The notes: generated by a model from the sequence alone, not told the origin. A DNA stretch of 49,318 nucleotides from an uncultured Acidimicrobiales bacterium (GCA_964612655.1 CAZTDG010000003.1:1-49318); one strand, 5' to 3'. Positions 29,025-37,362 are shown, counted from the first letter of the stretch. Made by a program: numbers and translations.

Positions 29025-29058
29025 AAGCGGCGCCGTGGGCCTCCCCCCGGCGCCGCTT
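29025..29058 (-). other. GC-rich intercistronic hairpin downstream of tauA (11-bp perfect stem)
   Basis: AAGCGGCGCCG (29025-29035) and CGGCGCCGCTT (29048-29058) are exact reverse complements, with a 12-nt loop that can extend the stem by GGG/CCC. On the minus strand the hairpin is followed by only a weak U-rich stretch (CUUUCAU). Confidence 0.6.
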
Positions 29059-29089
29059 ATCTTGTCAGTTCTCTATTGCCTGAGCCTTA

Positions 29090-30184
29090 TCAGCCCGCAG
29101 CCTCAAGGAAGCTGGTGTCAACCGAGCCGGCGAAGTCGCCGACGGCTGGATCGCCGCCGCCGAGCTCAGCCAAGGTCTCGACCTGGGCTTGCATGGCGTC
29201 AGCGACGTTGCCGCCGAGCCAGTCAGCACCAAGCTGCTCGTCGATGGTCGGGAAGCTGAACCACAGGTCGCCACCAAGGAAGTTGGCGACGTCGGTCAAA
29301 CCAGCAGCAGATGCGATGGTCGGGTTGCGGCCTTCCATGTCTGCTGCCCAATCAGCGTTGAACTGGTCGGTTGCTGCCAAGAAGTCAGAGACGATCTCTG
29401 GGTGGTTCTCACCGAACTCGGTTGGGATCGAGATGATGTCGTAGGTGAAGATGCCTACGTCGCTCTCGGCCTCAGCGCCGGTGAGGATTACGTTGCCACC
29501 GTTGTCGAGCATGTTGACGACAGAACCGCCGAATGCACAACCAACATCGATCTGGCCGGTCTCAAATGCTGCAGCGGTGGTTGCACCACTTTCTGCCTGC
29601 ACGATGTTCAAGCTGTCGAGATCGACACCAAGGAACTGCATGATCGAGAGCAGCTTGAAGTGGGTGACGTTACCGAACGGCGTAACAACCGTGGTGCCTG
29701 CGAGGGTCTCTGCAGCGTTGTCACGGGTTACGCCAAGGTCGCCCTGGGCGACACAGTTGTCGGCCTCGGAATAGCTAACAGCGATGCCGACGAGGCTGAG
29801 GTCAGCGCCACCGTTGATCGCTCCAGCGAACGGGGTCAGGCCCTGGGAGTAGGAGATGTCGATGTCGCCAGCGATCATCGCTTCGGACATTTCGCCACCG
29901 CTTGCGAATGGAACCCAGTTGATGTCAACGCCAACAGCGTCAGCGAACGATCCGTCGGCCTGGCCGAATTGGTTCGGGGTCGGCCACTCGGCGAAGTAGG
30001 CAACGTTGATGGATTCTGGCCCATCGGCCATTGCCTCTTCGTCATCTTCCATGGCTTCTTCTTCGCCTTCGCCGTCGCCGCCACCGTCAGCGGCTTCGGT
30101 CGTCGTTTCGCCTCCACCGCACGCAGCGGCAATAAGTGCAAACGCAGCAAGCATCATCAGAAGCTTGTGTAGTGATTTCTTCAT
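29090..30184 (-). CDS. tauA: Taurine-type (NitT/TauT family) ABC substrate-binding lipoprotein
   Basis: Lipobox LIAAAC, then an acidic Gly/Glu linker. The mature domain aligns by eye with E. coli TauA blocks (INVAYF..., W..F.SG......GDIDI, PF.NVTHFKLL, AAAFETGQIDV). RBS GGAGGGG lies before ATG 30184. Confidence 0.8.
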   Translation of the reverse strand: MKKSLHKLLMMLAAFALIAAACGGGETTTEAADGGGDGEGEEEAMEDDEEAMADGPESINVAYFAEWPTPNQFGQADGSFADAVGVDINWVPFASGGEMSEAMIAGDIDISYSQGLTPFAGAINGGADLSLVGIAVSYSEADNCVAQGDLGVTRDNAAETLAGTTVVTPFGNVTHFKLLSIMQFLGVDLDSLNIVQAESGATTAAAFETGQIDVGCAFGGSVVNMLDNGGNVILTGAEAESDVGIFTYDIISIPTEFGENHPEIVSDFLAATDQFNADWAADMEGRNPTIASAAGLTDVANFLGGDLWFSFPTIDEQLGADWLGGNVADAMQAQVETLAELGGGDPAVGDFAGSVDTSFLEAAG

Positions 30185-30291
30185 TTTCCCCTCCAGGGAT
30201 TGTGGAACCATTCGGCCCCTGTCGTGTGCCTGGGCGCACCACTAACCAGTGGAGCCTAGGTGATTACTTCTCTTGCCGTTAGTCGGTCGAC

Positions 30292-31656
30292 TTAGTGTCG
30301 AGTCTCCATCCACTGTTCGGTAGCCGTCAAAATCTGGTCCAGCCGTGCGAACAGGTCGTCGAGGACATCGCGATCAGCGATCAGAGGCGGCGAGAGCACA
30401 AACATCGTGGCGCCTCGATCGTCCGGGCGAATGAGCAGGCCAGATTCCTGGACGAATTCGGCGAGCACTCCCCCTTGGAGCTCGGCACGATCGTCGTCGT
30501 TTAGCTCGGTTCCACGTTCGCGGCTCTCCATCAATTCGACCGCGTAGAAGTAGCCCATGCCGCGCCACTCCTTGACCATGTCGTGCTTCTCGACCACCGC
30601 GTCGAGGTGCTCCTGGAAGTACGACTCGTTGGCCAGCACGTTCTCGATGACGCGCTCATCTTCGAGCGCCTTGATCGTGGCTGCGGCAACAGCGCACGCC
30701 ACCGGGTGGCCTCCAAAGGTGGAGCCGTGGTTGAACATGCCGAGCTCGGAGTCCCAGGTTTCCTGCACCAGCGTGCCCCGGATGACCACGCCACCGAGTG
30801 GCTGGTACGCCGAGGTGACACCCTTCGCGAAGGTGATCATGTCGGGGTCGATGCCGAGGCGGCTCGAACCGAACCAATCGCCGAGGCGACCGAACGCGTT
30901 GATGACCTCATCAGCACACAACAAGATGCCGTACTGATCGCAGATGCGACGCAGTTCATCCCAGTAGCCGTCGGGAGGCACCACTGCGCCTCGACCGTTC
31001 TGCACGGGCTCGGCGATTATTAGAGCGACCGTCTCAGGACCCTCTTCGATGATGCGTCGTTCGAGCTCGGCGACACAGGGCCACTCGGCAACCGGTGTTC
31101 CCGGTTCGCCTGCGCCATCGAGCGTGTTGGGGACGTGATGTACGCCATCCCAAAGCAGCGGCAAGAACTGCTTGCGGAACTTCGGAATGCCGGTGACGCT
31201 CAAGGCTCCGAGGGTGGTGCCGTGATAGGCCCAATCTCGAGCGAAGACCTTGTAGCGAGATTCCTCACCACGTGCCACGTGATAGTTGCGTGCGAACTTG
31301 ATCGCAGACTCAACCGCTTCAGAGCCAGTGCTCACGAAGAACACCTCGTCGAGACCCTCTGGAGCTCGTTCGGCAATCAGCGATGCAGCCTCGATGGTGG
31401 GCGGACTCGCGAAACCCCAGTTGGGGAAGAACCCGAGCTGTTCCATCTGCTTCATGGCGGCAGACGCCAGGTCGTAGCGACCATGGCCAAGGTTGGTACA
31501 GAACAGTCCCGCTAAACCGTCGAGGTATTCATTGCCGTCCGTGTCTTGGACGTAGCAGCCTGTGCCGCTTTCCATGATCGGAAAGTCGCTGCGCCACCGT
31601 CCACCTTTGGTGTAGTGCGGGACGAGGTTCGCTTGCGCGATTTCGCGTTCATTCAT
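30292..31656 (-). CDS. tpa: Class III (omega) aminotransferase; taurine:pyruvate aminotransferase candidate
   Basis: Class III blocks: FFVSTGSEAVESAIKFAR, IAEPVQNGRGAVVPP, LLCADEVINAFGRLG, ITFAKGVTSAYQPLGG (PLP Lys). RBS GGGGAGG lies 6 nt before ATG 31656. Heads the tauABC-pta gene string. Confidence 0.75.
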   Translation of the reverse strand: MNEREIAQANLVPHYTKGGRWRSDFPIMESGTGCYVQDTDGNEYLDGLAGLFCTNLGHGRYDLASAAMKQMEQLGFFPNWGFASPPTIEAASLIAERAPEGLDEVFFVSTGSEAVESAIKFARNYHVARGEESRYKVFARDWAYHGTTLGALSVTGIPKFRKQFLPLLWDGVHHVPNTLDGAGEPGTPVAEWPCVAELERRIIEEGPETVALIIAEPVQNGRGAVVPPDGYWDELRRICDQYGILLCADEVINAFGRLGDWFGSSRLGIDPDMITFAKGVTSAYQPLGGVVIRGTLVQETWDSELGMFNHGSTFGGHPVACAVAAATIKALEDERVIENVLANESYFQEHLDAVVEKHDMVKEWRGMGYFYAVELMESRERGTELNDDDRAELQGGVLAEFVQESGLLIRPDDRGATMFVLSPPLIADRDVLDDLFARLDQILTATEQWMETRH

Positions 31657-31697
31657 CTGTGCCTCCCCTCGAAGCATTCGAGGTGTTAGAGCCTATT

Positions 31698-31711
31698 ACT
31701 TATTAGTAAGT
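31698..31711. promoter_or_regulatory. AT-rich dyad ACTTA-TTAG-TAAGT upstream of the tpa-tauABC-pta string (candidate operator)
   Basis: Read directly. It lies in a conspicuous AT-rich island (about 31690-31712) in an otherwise GC-rich intergenic region, ~45 nt upstream of the tpa start. An overlapping alternative dyad is TTACT-TATT-AGTAA. Confidence 0.4.
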
Positions 31712-31791
31712 GACACTAACGCGGAGGTGACGGCAGGCACAAGGGCGAAAAGACCTCTTCACACTGCGCTCTTTGAAAAGGGGGGGCGCCC

Positions 31792-32208
31792 CTAGGCGGT
31801 TTTGGCGACGAGCACGGCGCACTGCGCCTTCTGAGCAACGTCTTCTGCGACGCTACCGAGCACTCGGCTGACGCCTTGAACATGCTTGTTGCCCACCAAG
31901 ATCAAGTCGGCGTCAACGCGTTCTGCTTCGTCAACGAGCACCTTTGCCGGCGCTCCAACAGCTGCGCTGGCACGGAAGTCGAGGTGGTTGAACTTCGACG
32001 CCACGCGAGCGAGGTTGTCCTGAGCGATTTCGACACGGGACATATAGCGCTCGTCGGTCGACTCGCCGACTCGGTGGATTTCATCTTTCTTCAGCGCGGT
32101 CACGAGGTGAAGTCGTGAGCCCAGTGCTGTGGCCAAATCGGCCGCCTGTTCAACGGCGGTCATGGCCCGCTCGGTTCCGTCGTATCCGACAACGATGTTC
32201 TTGTACAT
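31792..32208 (-). CDS. Universal stress protein (UspA family)
   Basis: MYKNIVVGYDGTERAMTAVEQAADLA...ADLILVGNKHVQGVSRVLGSVAEDVAQKAQCAVLVAKT. RBS GGAGA lies before ATG 32208. The upstream 41 codons of the track ORF read as Arg-rich junk. Confidence 0.85.
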   Translation of the reverse strand: MYKNIVVGYDGTERAMTAVEQAADLATALGSRLHLVTALKKDEIHRVGESTDERYMSRVEIAQDNLARVASKFNHLDFRASAAVGAPAKVLVDEAERVDADLILVGNKHVQGVSRVLGSVAEDVAQKAQCAVLVAKTA

Positions 32209-32397
32209 GTGTTTCTCCAAGCCGCATCTAGTGCGGTTTGTCGTGGTTAAGAATCGGGGTCCGATTCCGCTCCGCCTCACTTCCAACCTACGGTGCGTTT
32301 CACGCGTATTTGACCGATTCCCGGGGTGCACGCGTCACAGTGTGACCGGGGACAATTCAAAGGTTTCGTGCAGGTAACGGGAGGGTGTCAGAAGGCC

Positions 32398-33369
32398 CTA
32401 TTCCACGTCTCCAGCAGATGATCGTGGAGCGGTTTCTCGAACGACGTCCTCGGGTGATTTGTCGATGCGCTCACCGAGATAGACCGGGTGGCGAAGGTGC
32501 CCGTCGGTCGACCAGTCGTGGAATGCCACCTCGACGACCGAAGTCGGCTCACACCATTGAAAACGGCGACCCGCGGTTCTCGGAACCTCGTTCGAAAACG
32601 GCGACGAATCGAGTGGGGCCACGGTCAATCGGTCCTTCCATTCTCGTCGCAATGTTGCGGTCAAGCCCGAACCCACGCTGCCGCAGTGAACGAGCTCGCC
32701 GTCCTCCATCACCCCCACCAACAGCGAACCCAGTGCGCCTGCGTTTCCGTCGCGGCCCTCGCTCCAGCCACCGACAACGAACTCTTGACGCATCCGCGGC
32801 TTGATCTTGATCCAAGAACGAGAGCGCTTGCCTTCCTCATAGACCGAATCGAGCCGCTTGGCGATCAGCCCTTCGAGGCCGGTTTCAAGCACCACGTCGA
32901 GCAACGCGGATGGATCATCGGAGTGGGACTCGGTCAGCAACCAGTGCGACCCAGCTTCGATGATCTGCTCGAGCAACGAGCGCCGATCGCGCAGCGGAAG
33001 CCGGAGGGTGTCGTTCCCGTTCACCGCCAACACATCAAAGATCGCGTAACTGATGGGTACGTCCACCGCTCTTCGGAGCGCGTCGGCTCGATCGTGCACG
33101 TGCATGCGCTGTTGCAGCCGAACAAAGTCGGGGATGCCGGTCTCTCCGATCGCAACCACCTCACCGTCGAGGATCAGCGAGTCATAGCCGACGAGCAGCT
33201 CGCTGAGCGCGGCCAGTTCTGGAAACGAGTTCGTAGCGCTGTTTCCGTTACTCGTTTGCAGTCGCACGCCTTCGTGGTCGAGGAAGGCAACGACTCGCAT
33301 GCCATCCCACTTGAGCTCGTAGCTCCAACCCTCGGCGACAGGAACGTCCTCGCCAGCAATGGCCTTCAT
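32398..33369 (-). CDS. ATP-dependent DNA ligase (LigC/LigD-ligase-domain type, stand-alone)
   Basis: Adenylation motif I SYELKWDGMR. Further motifs: LILDGEVV, EGLIAKRLDSVYEEGKRSRSWIKIK (motifs IV-V), plus an OB-fold C-terminus. ATG 33369 or GTG 33402; the longer track ORF N-terminus is Arg-rich junk overlapping the SRPBCC gene. Confidence 0.8.
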   Translation of the reverse strand: MKAIAGEDVPVAEGWSYELKWDGMRVVAFLDHEGVRLQTSNGNSATNSFPELAALSELLVGYDSLILDGEVVAIGETGIPDFVRLQQRMHVHDRADALRRAVDVPISYAIFDVLAVNGNDTLRLPLRDRRSLLEQIIEAGSHWLLTESHSDDPSALLDVVLETGLEGLIAKRLDSVYEEGKRSRSWIKIKPRMRQEFVVGGWSEGRDGNAGALGSLLVGVMEDGELVHCGSVGSGLTATLRREWKDRLTVAPLDSSPFSNEVPRTAGRRFQWCEPTSVVEVAFHDWSTDGHLRHPVYLGERIDKSPEDVVRETAPRSSAGDVE

Positions 33370-33407
33370 CGGTCGGATGACCCGGCCTGCGTGTTTCGAC
33401 ACGAGAT

Positions 33408-33905
33408 CTACCCTCGTCGGGCAGCTACTGCCTCGTGAAGGCTCTCGAACGCACCACCCCAGGTGGCTACGAACCGCCGTTGAATGACGGGCCATGCCAG
33501 GCGTCCGGCCATGGTGAGATCGAACGCACCGGTGTAGATCACGTTGACACGGTCTTCGCCTTGGCGACTCGTGTCGACGAGCTGGACTCGCTCGGCGGCA
33601 CGTGACGCGATTGGGAGCGGCCACTGCAAGATGGTGAACGCGAGGTCTGACTCGGGTTCGACGATGATCGCTTGTTCGGAGATCAAGAGGTTGTTGACCG
33701 TCACCTGGCGGGTATCACCAGGCGAGGACCACTGTGCAGGTTGGGCCTCGACGGCGGTCAGCCCGGCGAACCAATCTCGCCACGACTCGTGGTCGTTGAG
33801 AAGCGCCCACGCCTCCTGCGTAGTGGCGGCGATCTCCACCTCGGTCGACGCGACGTGCGTCGCCGTCTTGAAGAACTCGGGTGACGCTGGCGTGAGTGTG
33901 GCCAC
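33408..33905 (-). CDS. SRPBCC (START/polyketide cyclase-like) family protein
   Basis: 165 aa. The pattern VEIAATTQEAWALLNDHESWRDWFAGL...QVTVNN...AERVQLV is typical of SRPBCC ligand-binding proteins. GTG start. Confidence 0.7.
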   Translation of the reverse strand: MATLTPASPEFFKTATHVASTEVEIAATTQEAWALLNDHESWRDWFAGLTAVEAQPAQWSSPGDTRQVTVNNLLISEQAIIVEPESDLAFTILQWPLPIASRAAERVQLVDTSRQGEDRVNVIYTGAFDLTMAGRLAWPVIQRRFVATWGGAFESLHEAVAARRG

Positions 33906-34041
33906 CGCGGTTATTTCCCGTCGAGGAAGCGGCGAAGGGCCTCAATCCAGCTGGCGATTTCTTCATCGGGAGTCATGTTGGTCATAGCCCCACCCTAAAA
34001 CACCCTCACCCTCCGCATAGGTACAAAACGGGGGACAAAAC

Positions 34042-34881
34042 TCAGTTGGATTGCCTCGGTCGGCGGAGGTAGTCGATGATCGCCTTCTCACTACCGAGGA
34101 CGTGTTTGTTGTCGAGCGAAAGCGGTGATGCCTGCGCGAGAAAGGCCGCTAGCCGTTCGGCGAGCTCCGGCCGATCCCGCACCGCGGCCATCGGAGCGAC
34201 TTGGGTCTTCACCGTGAATACCGTCATGGCGCTGAACGCGAGCTTGCGGAGCGTTTGCCACTCCGAACGAATCCACAACCCTTCGACCTGGTCGGGGTCA
34301 GTTATACCCAGCTGGCCACTCCGGTCGGGGGCAAAGAACGTCGAGTTGTCATTGATGAACCAGTTGCGACGCCACACCGGACGCGCCGGCGATAGCCGGT
34401 CGAAGAACTTGCGCACTCGCACCGCCAGCAGTTCGTCGTAGGCCTCGACAGGCGAATGAATGGTGGTGACGGGTTGGCCCAACTTGTCCTGTAGGCGCCA
34501 ATGGTTCGGGAACAACAGTGCCCCACCGACCAGACGCCACTCCCCCGACTCGCCCTCGCCGGAGCGGTGCATGAGCAAGATGTCATCGGGCACCGAAAGG
34601 GCGAGCCGTTCGATGGGTGAGCCATCGGTGACCAAACGGTCGCCGATATGAATTTCGACGAGTGACAGCAGTTCTTCCAGCGCGAGGTCATGACCCGGCT
34701 GCATGTGAACAAAGTCGTGGTGCTCGACGATCAGCTGACGTCGGAGCTCGAGCTCTGAAGCCGTGTACTGGTCGGCGGGCAACCAACGAGACACGTCGAG
34801 TGGATGCACCCCCATGCGCAGATCCGGCGGCCCAGCCGTCAACGGCAGTTCGGTCAGCCAGTCATGGCGCCGATCGATCAC
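34042..34881 (-). CDS. DUF3445 family protein (heme-dependent oxidative N-demethylase alpha-subunit-like)
   Basis: 279 aa. Blocks LLFPNHWRLQDKLGQPVTTIHSPV and PVWRRNWFINDNSTFFAP match the DUF3445 pattern as I remember it. The start overlaps the upstream gene's stop by 4 nt. Confidence 0.65.
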   Translation of the reverse strand: MIDRRHDWLTELPLTAGPPDLRMGVHPLDVSRWLPADQYTASELELRRQLIVEHHDFVHMQPGHDLALEELLSLVEIHIGDRLVTDGSPIERLALSVPDDILLMHRSGEGESGEWRLVGGALLFPNHWRLQDKLGQPVTTIHSPVEAYDELLAVRVRKFFDRLSPARPVWRRNWFINDNSTFFAPDRSGQLGITDPDQVEGLWIRSEWQTLRKLAFSAMTVFTVKTQVAPMAAVRDRPELAERLAAFLAQASPLSLDNKHVLGSEKAIIDYLRRPRQSN

Positions 34882-36008
34882 GTCCCGGAGGACTCCGAGA
34901 GCGACGAGTCGATATCAGCCCACAAGTCCTCGACGTTTTCGCAGCCGACAGAGAGCCGTATGAGCGTAGGCGGCATCCCCTCCTGGCCAGCGACTATCGC
35001 TCGTCGCTCCCAGGTGGACTCAACACCGCCGAGGCTGGTGGCGTTTTTGATGAGACCGTGACGCTCCACCACTGCGCTGGCCCGCTCCCCGGTGCCGGAG
35101 AGTTCGAAGCTCATCATGGCACCAAAGCCATCCATGAACTTCGCTGCGTTCTCATGCGTCGGACTTGACGCCAGCCCCGGGTACCGGACCTGGGTTACCT
35201 CCGGGTGCGCTTCGAGCCGTTCAGCGAGTACCGCTGCGTTGGCCATTGCCCGCTCCATGCGAAGTCCGAGTGTGCGGGCGCCGCGAATGGCGAGGAACGC
35301 TTCGAGCCCGCCGATCGTCGCCCCATAGAGAAGGCGTCGTCTGGTGAGCTCGTCGTAGAGATCGGTCGCATCGCTCGACACGGTCAGCACCCCGGCCATC
35401 AGGTCCGAGTGGCCGCCGATGAACTTGGTCGCGGAGTGCATCGAAATGTCCGCGCCGAGGGCGAGGGGTTTCTGCACCAGCGGCGTCGCAAAGGTGCTGT
35501 CGACGGCCAAGATCGAACCCGGCTTTCGTGGAGCTGCGCAGATCGCTGGGAGGTCAGCAACCGTCATGAGCGGATTGGCCGGCGTCTCGATCCATATGAG
35601 ATCCGCAGTCGCCGCAGCATCAACCCACGCTTGGGTGTCGGCCTGATCTAGTCGTACGACGCTCCAACGACCCTGCTCTTCACCCTCGTCGGCCAGATGC
35701 CTGGTTGCGTGATACGGATCCACGGGAAGAACGAGGGTGGATCCCACTGGCAAGCGGCCAAAGACGGCGGCGACCGCGGCCATCCCCGTGCTGAACGCCA
35801 AGGAACGACCGTCCTCAAGCCCGCCGATGAGGGCTTCGAACGCGTGGGTGGTTTCGGTGCCATCGACGCGTGCGTACTGCTGATCGCTCGGCAGACGAAA
35901 GTTCGATGCCATGACCGGCGGATAGTTCAACGGGTCGCCGGGCTCGGTCGGGCGGGCCTGCGAAATCAACCAAGTGTCGTGATGCATACCTTCAACGCTA
36001 GAGGTCAT
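34878..36008 (-). CDS. Cys/Met-metabolism PLP enzyme (cystathionine gamma-synthase / gamma-lyase / beta-lyase family)
   Basis: LAFSTGMAAV...IWIETPANPLMTVADL...AVDSTFATPLVQKPLALGADISMHSATKFIGGHSDLMAGV (PLP Lys in SATKF). Start candidates are ATG 36008 (used), ATG 35987 and TTG/other 36071. Confidence 0.85.
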   Translation of the reverse strand: MTSSVEGMHHDTWLISQARPTEPGDPLNYPPVMASNFRLPSDQQYARVDGTETTHAFEALIGGLEDGRSLAFSTGMAAVAAVFGRLPVGSTLVLPVDPYHATRHLADEGEEQGRWSVVRLDQADTQAWVDAAATADLIWIETPANPLMTVADLPAICAAPRKPGSILAVDSTFATPLVQKPLALGADISMHSATKFIGGHSDLMAGVLTVSSDATDLYDELTRRRLLYGATIGGLEAFLAIRGARTLGLRMERAMANAAVLAERLEAHPEVTQVRYPGLASSPTHENAAKFMDGFGAMMSFELSGTGERASAVVERHGLIKNATSLGGVESTWERRAIVAGQEGMPPTLIRLSVGCENVEDLWADIDSSLSESSGT

Positions 36009-36115
36009 CCCGGAAGTGCGCGAGCAAGAATTATCGCAGCTTCGATGCCACAGATAGTGGGTTAATCTCAAGTGTCATTGCAGACGGGCACATAATGTGA
36101 TGACGGGATTGACTC

Positions 36116-36604
36116 ATGAAGCTCCACCTGGCCACCTCGACGCTACTCGCTGCCGCAGTGCTGTTCTCAGCCTGCGGCAGCGCGGGGAACTCGACGGGAG
36201 CTGACGTGGAGGTTCCTGAGGGACCTTCGCTGACGTTCGACATAGTCGGGCAATGGTTGACGCGAGGTGAGCTTTCGGAAAACGCTCTTGGTGCTACCAC
36301 TACAGAGACCGACCAAGAGTTCGAACTACTTTGGGAGCCGGTTCGGACTGAGAGCGCGCTACCACCGCTCAATGGCCGCATTGGGGTCCTCATCAATGCG
36401 AATGCACGGTATCGAGACCCAGTCGTCGAGTCCGTAACCGGCGAAGGCTCATGGATTATTCTCATATCGGCCGAGGCAACCTCCTCGTGCAACCGGGCTT
36501 CGGTCGTGGCTGCACCGATAATTGCCCTCGCGGTTGCTGCCGAGGAAGCTCCCGAGTCAGTAGAGGTGATTCTTCGCGAACGTGAGGGCTGCAGTCAGGA
36601 GTAG
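36116..36604 (+). CDS. Small lipoprotein, unknown family (possibly PrcB_C-like beta domain), paralog 1
   Basis: Signal peptide plus lipobox LFSAC. The mature domain shares collinear blocks with the next gene: EF.ELWE, P.L.GRIGV, P.V.SV.G...W...ISA, CN, P..A.AV.AE..PE..EV...ER.GC. Confidence 0.75.
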   Translation: MKLHLATSTLLAAAVLFSACGSAGNSTGADVEVPEGPSLTFDIVGQWLTRGELSENALGATTTETDQEFELLWEPVRTESALPPLNGRIGVLINANARYRDPVVESVTGEGSWIILISAEATSSCNRASVVAAPIIALAVAAEEAPESVEVILREREGCSQE

Positions 36605-36726
36605 CCTTCTACAGTTCTCTGGGCTGCGACGGCTAAACGCTCCGAACGAACTCAGGACTAGTGCTCCAGCGACGATAGGTACCCATGACAAGCGGCGGAA
36701 GAGACTCTCGGCGGAAGGGTTACCTG

Positions 36727-37209
36727 ATGCAACGCAAACCCTGTTGCCGACTGCTCGCTCGATGCGTCGGGGTGGTCCTAGCAGTGACCCTCCTCGCATC
36801 GGGCTGCAGTTCTGAGGAGTTGCCCTCGGTGGAAGGCGGGCTCAACTTTGAGGTGCTAGACCTCACCGGAAACGGAGGCGCAGGCGCAGACGGACCGACC
36901 GCTGCGGTTGCGACCGCTGCCCAGGCGGAGTTCACCGAGTTGTGGGAGGAATTCGGGGGCGAACCAACAGCACCGCTCGATGGCCGCATTGGTGTCGTCA
37001 CAAACGTCGGTTTTCTCTATTTCAACCCAACTGTCGTCTCGGTGTCGGGCACCGACACCTGGCTCGTCGACATCAGTGCAAACCGGCAAGCGGCGTGCAA
37101 CCTCACCGACGCGGTCCGCTCTCCCGTGGTCGCCATTGCAGTTGACGCGGAGATACCCCCCGAAACGATCGAGGTCACAGTCACCGAACGACCAGGCTGC
37201 GACGGTTAG
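36727..37209 (+). CDS. Small lipoprotein, paralog 2 of the preceding gene
   Basis: ATG 36727 preceded by GGAAGGG; lipobox LLASGC. Roughly 40-45% identity by eye with paralog 1 over the C-terminal ~100 aa, including both Cys residues. Confidence 0.75.
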   Translation: MQRKPCCRLLARCVGVVLAVTLLASGCSSEELPSVEGGLNFEVLDLTGNGGAGADGPTAAVATAAQAEFTELWEEFGGEPTAPLDGRIGVVTNVGFLYFNPTVVSVSGTDTWLVDISANRQAACNLTDAVRSPVVAIAVDAEIPPETIEVTVTERPGCDG

Positions 37210-37362
37210 CCCTTCGGACAAACTCAGAACTTGAGGGGCGAGTTCCGGAGACCGCGAACGTGTCGGCACAGTCCTATCTAGCGCTAGAGATAACTCGCGC
37301 TTTCTATTGTGAAACTCTGATTCGCCGTTGCAGGTTTGATCGGTTGGCCCGATGCTGGGGAC

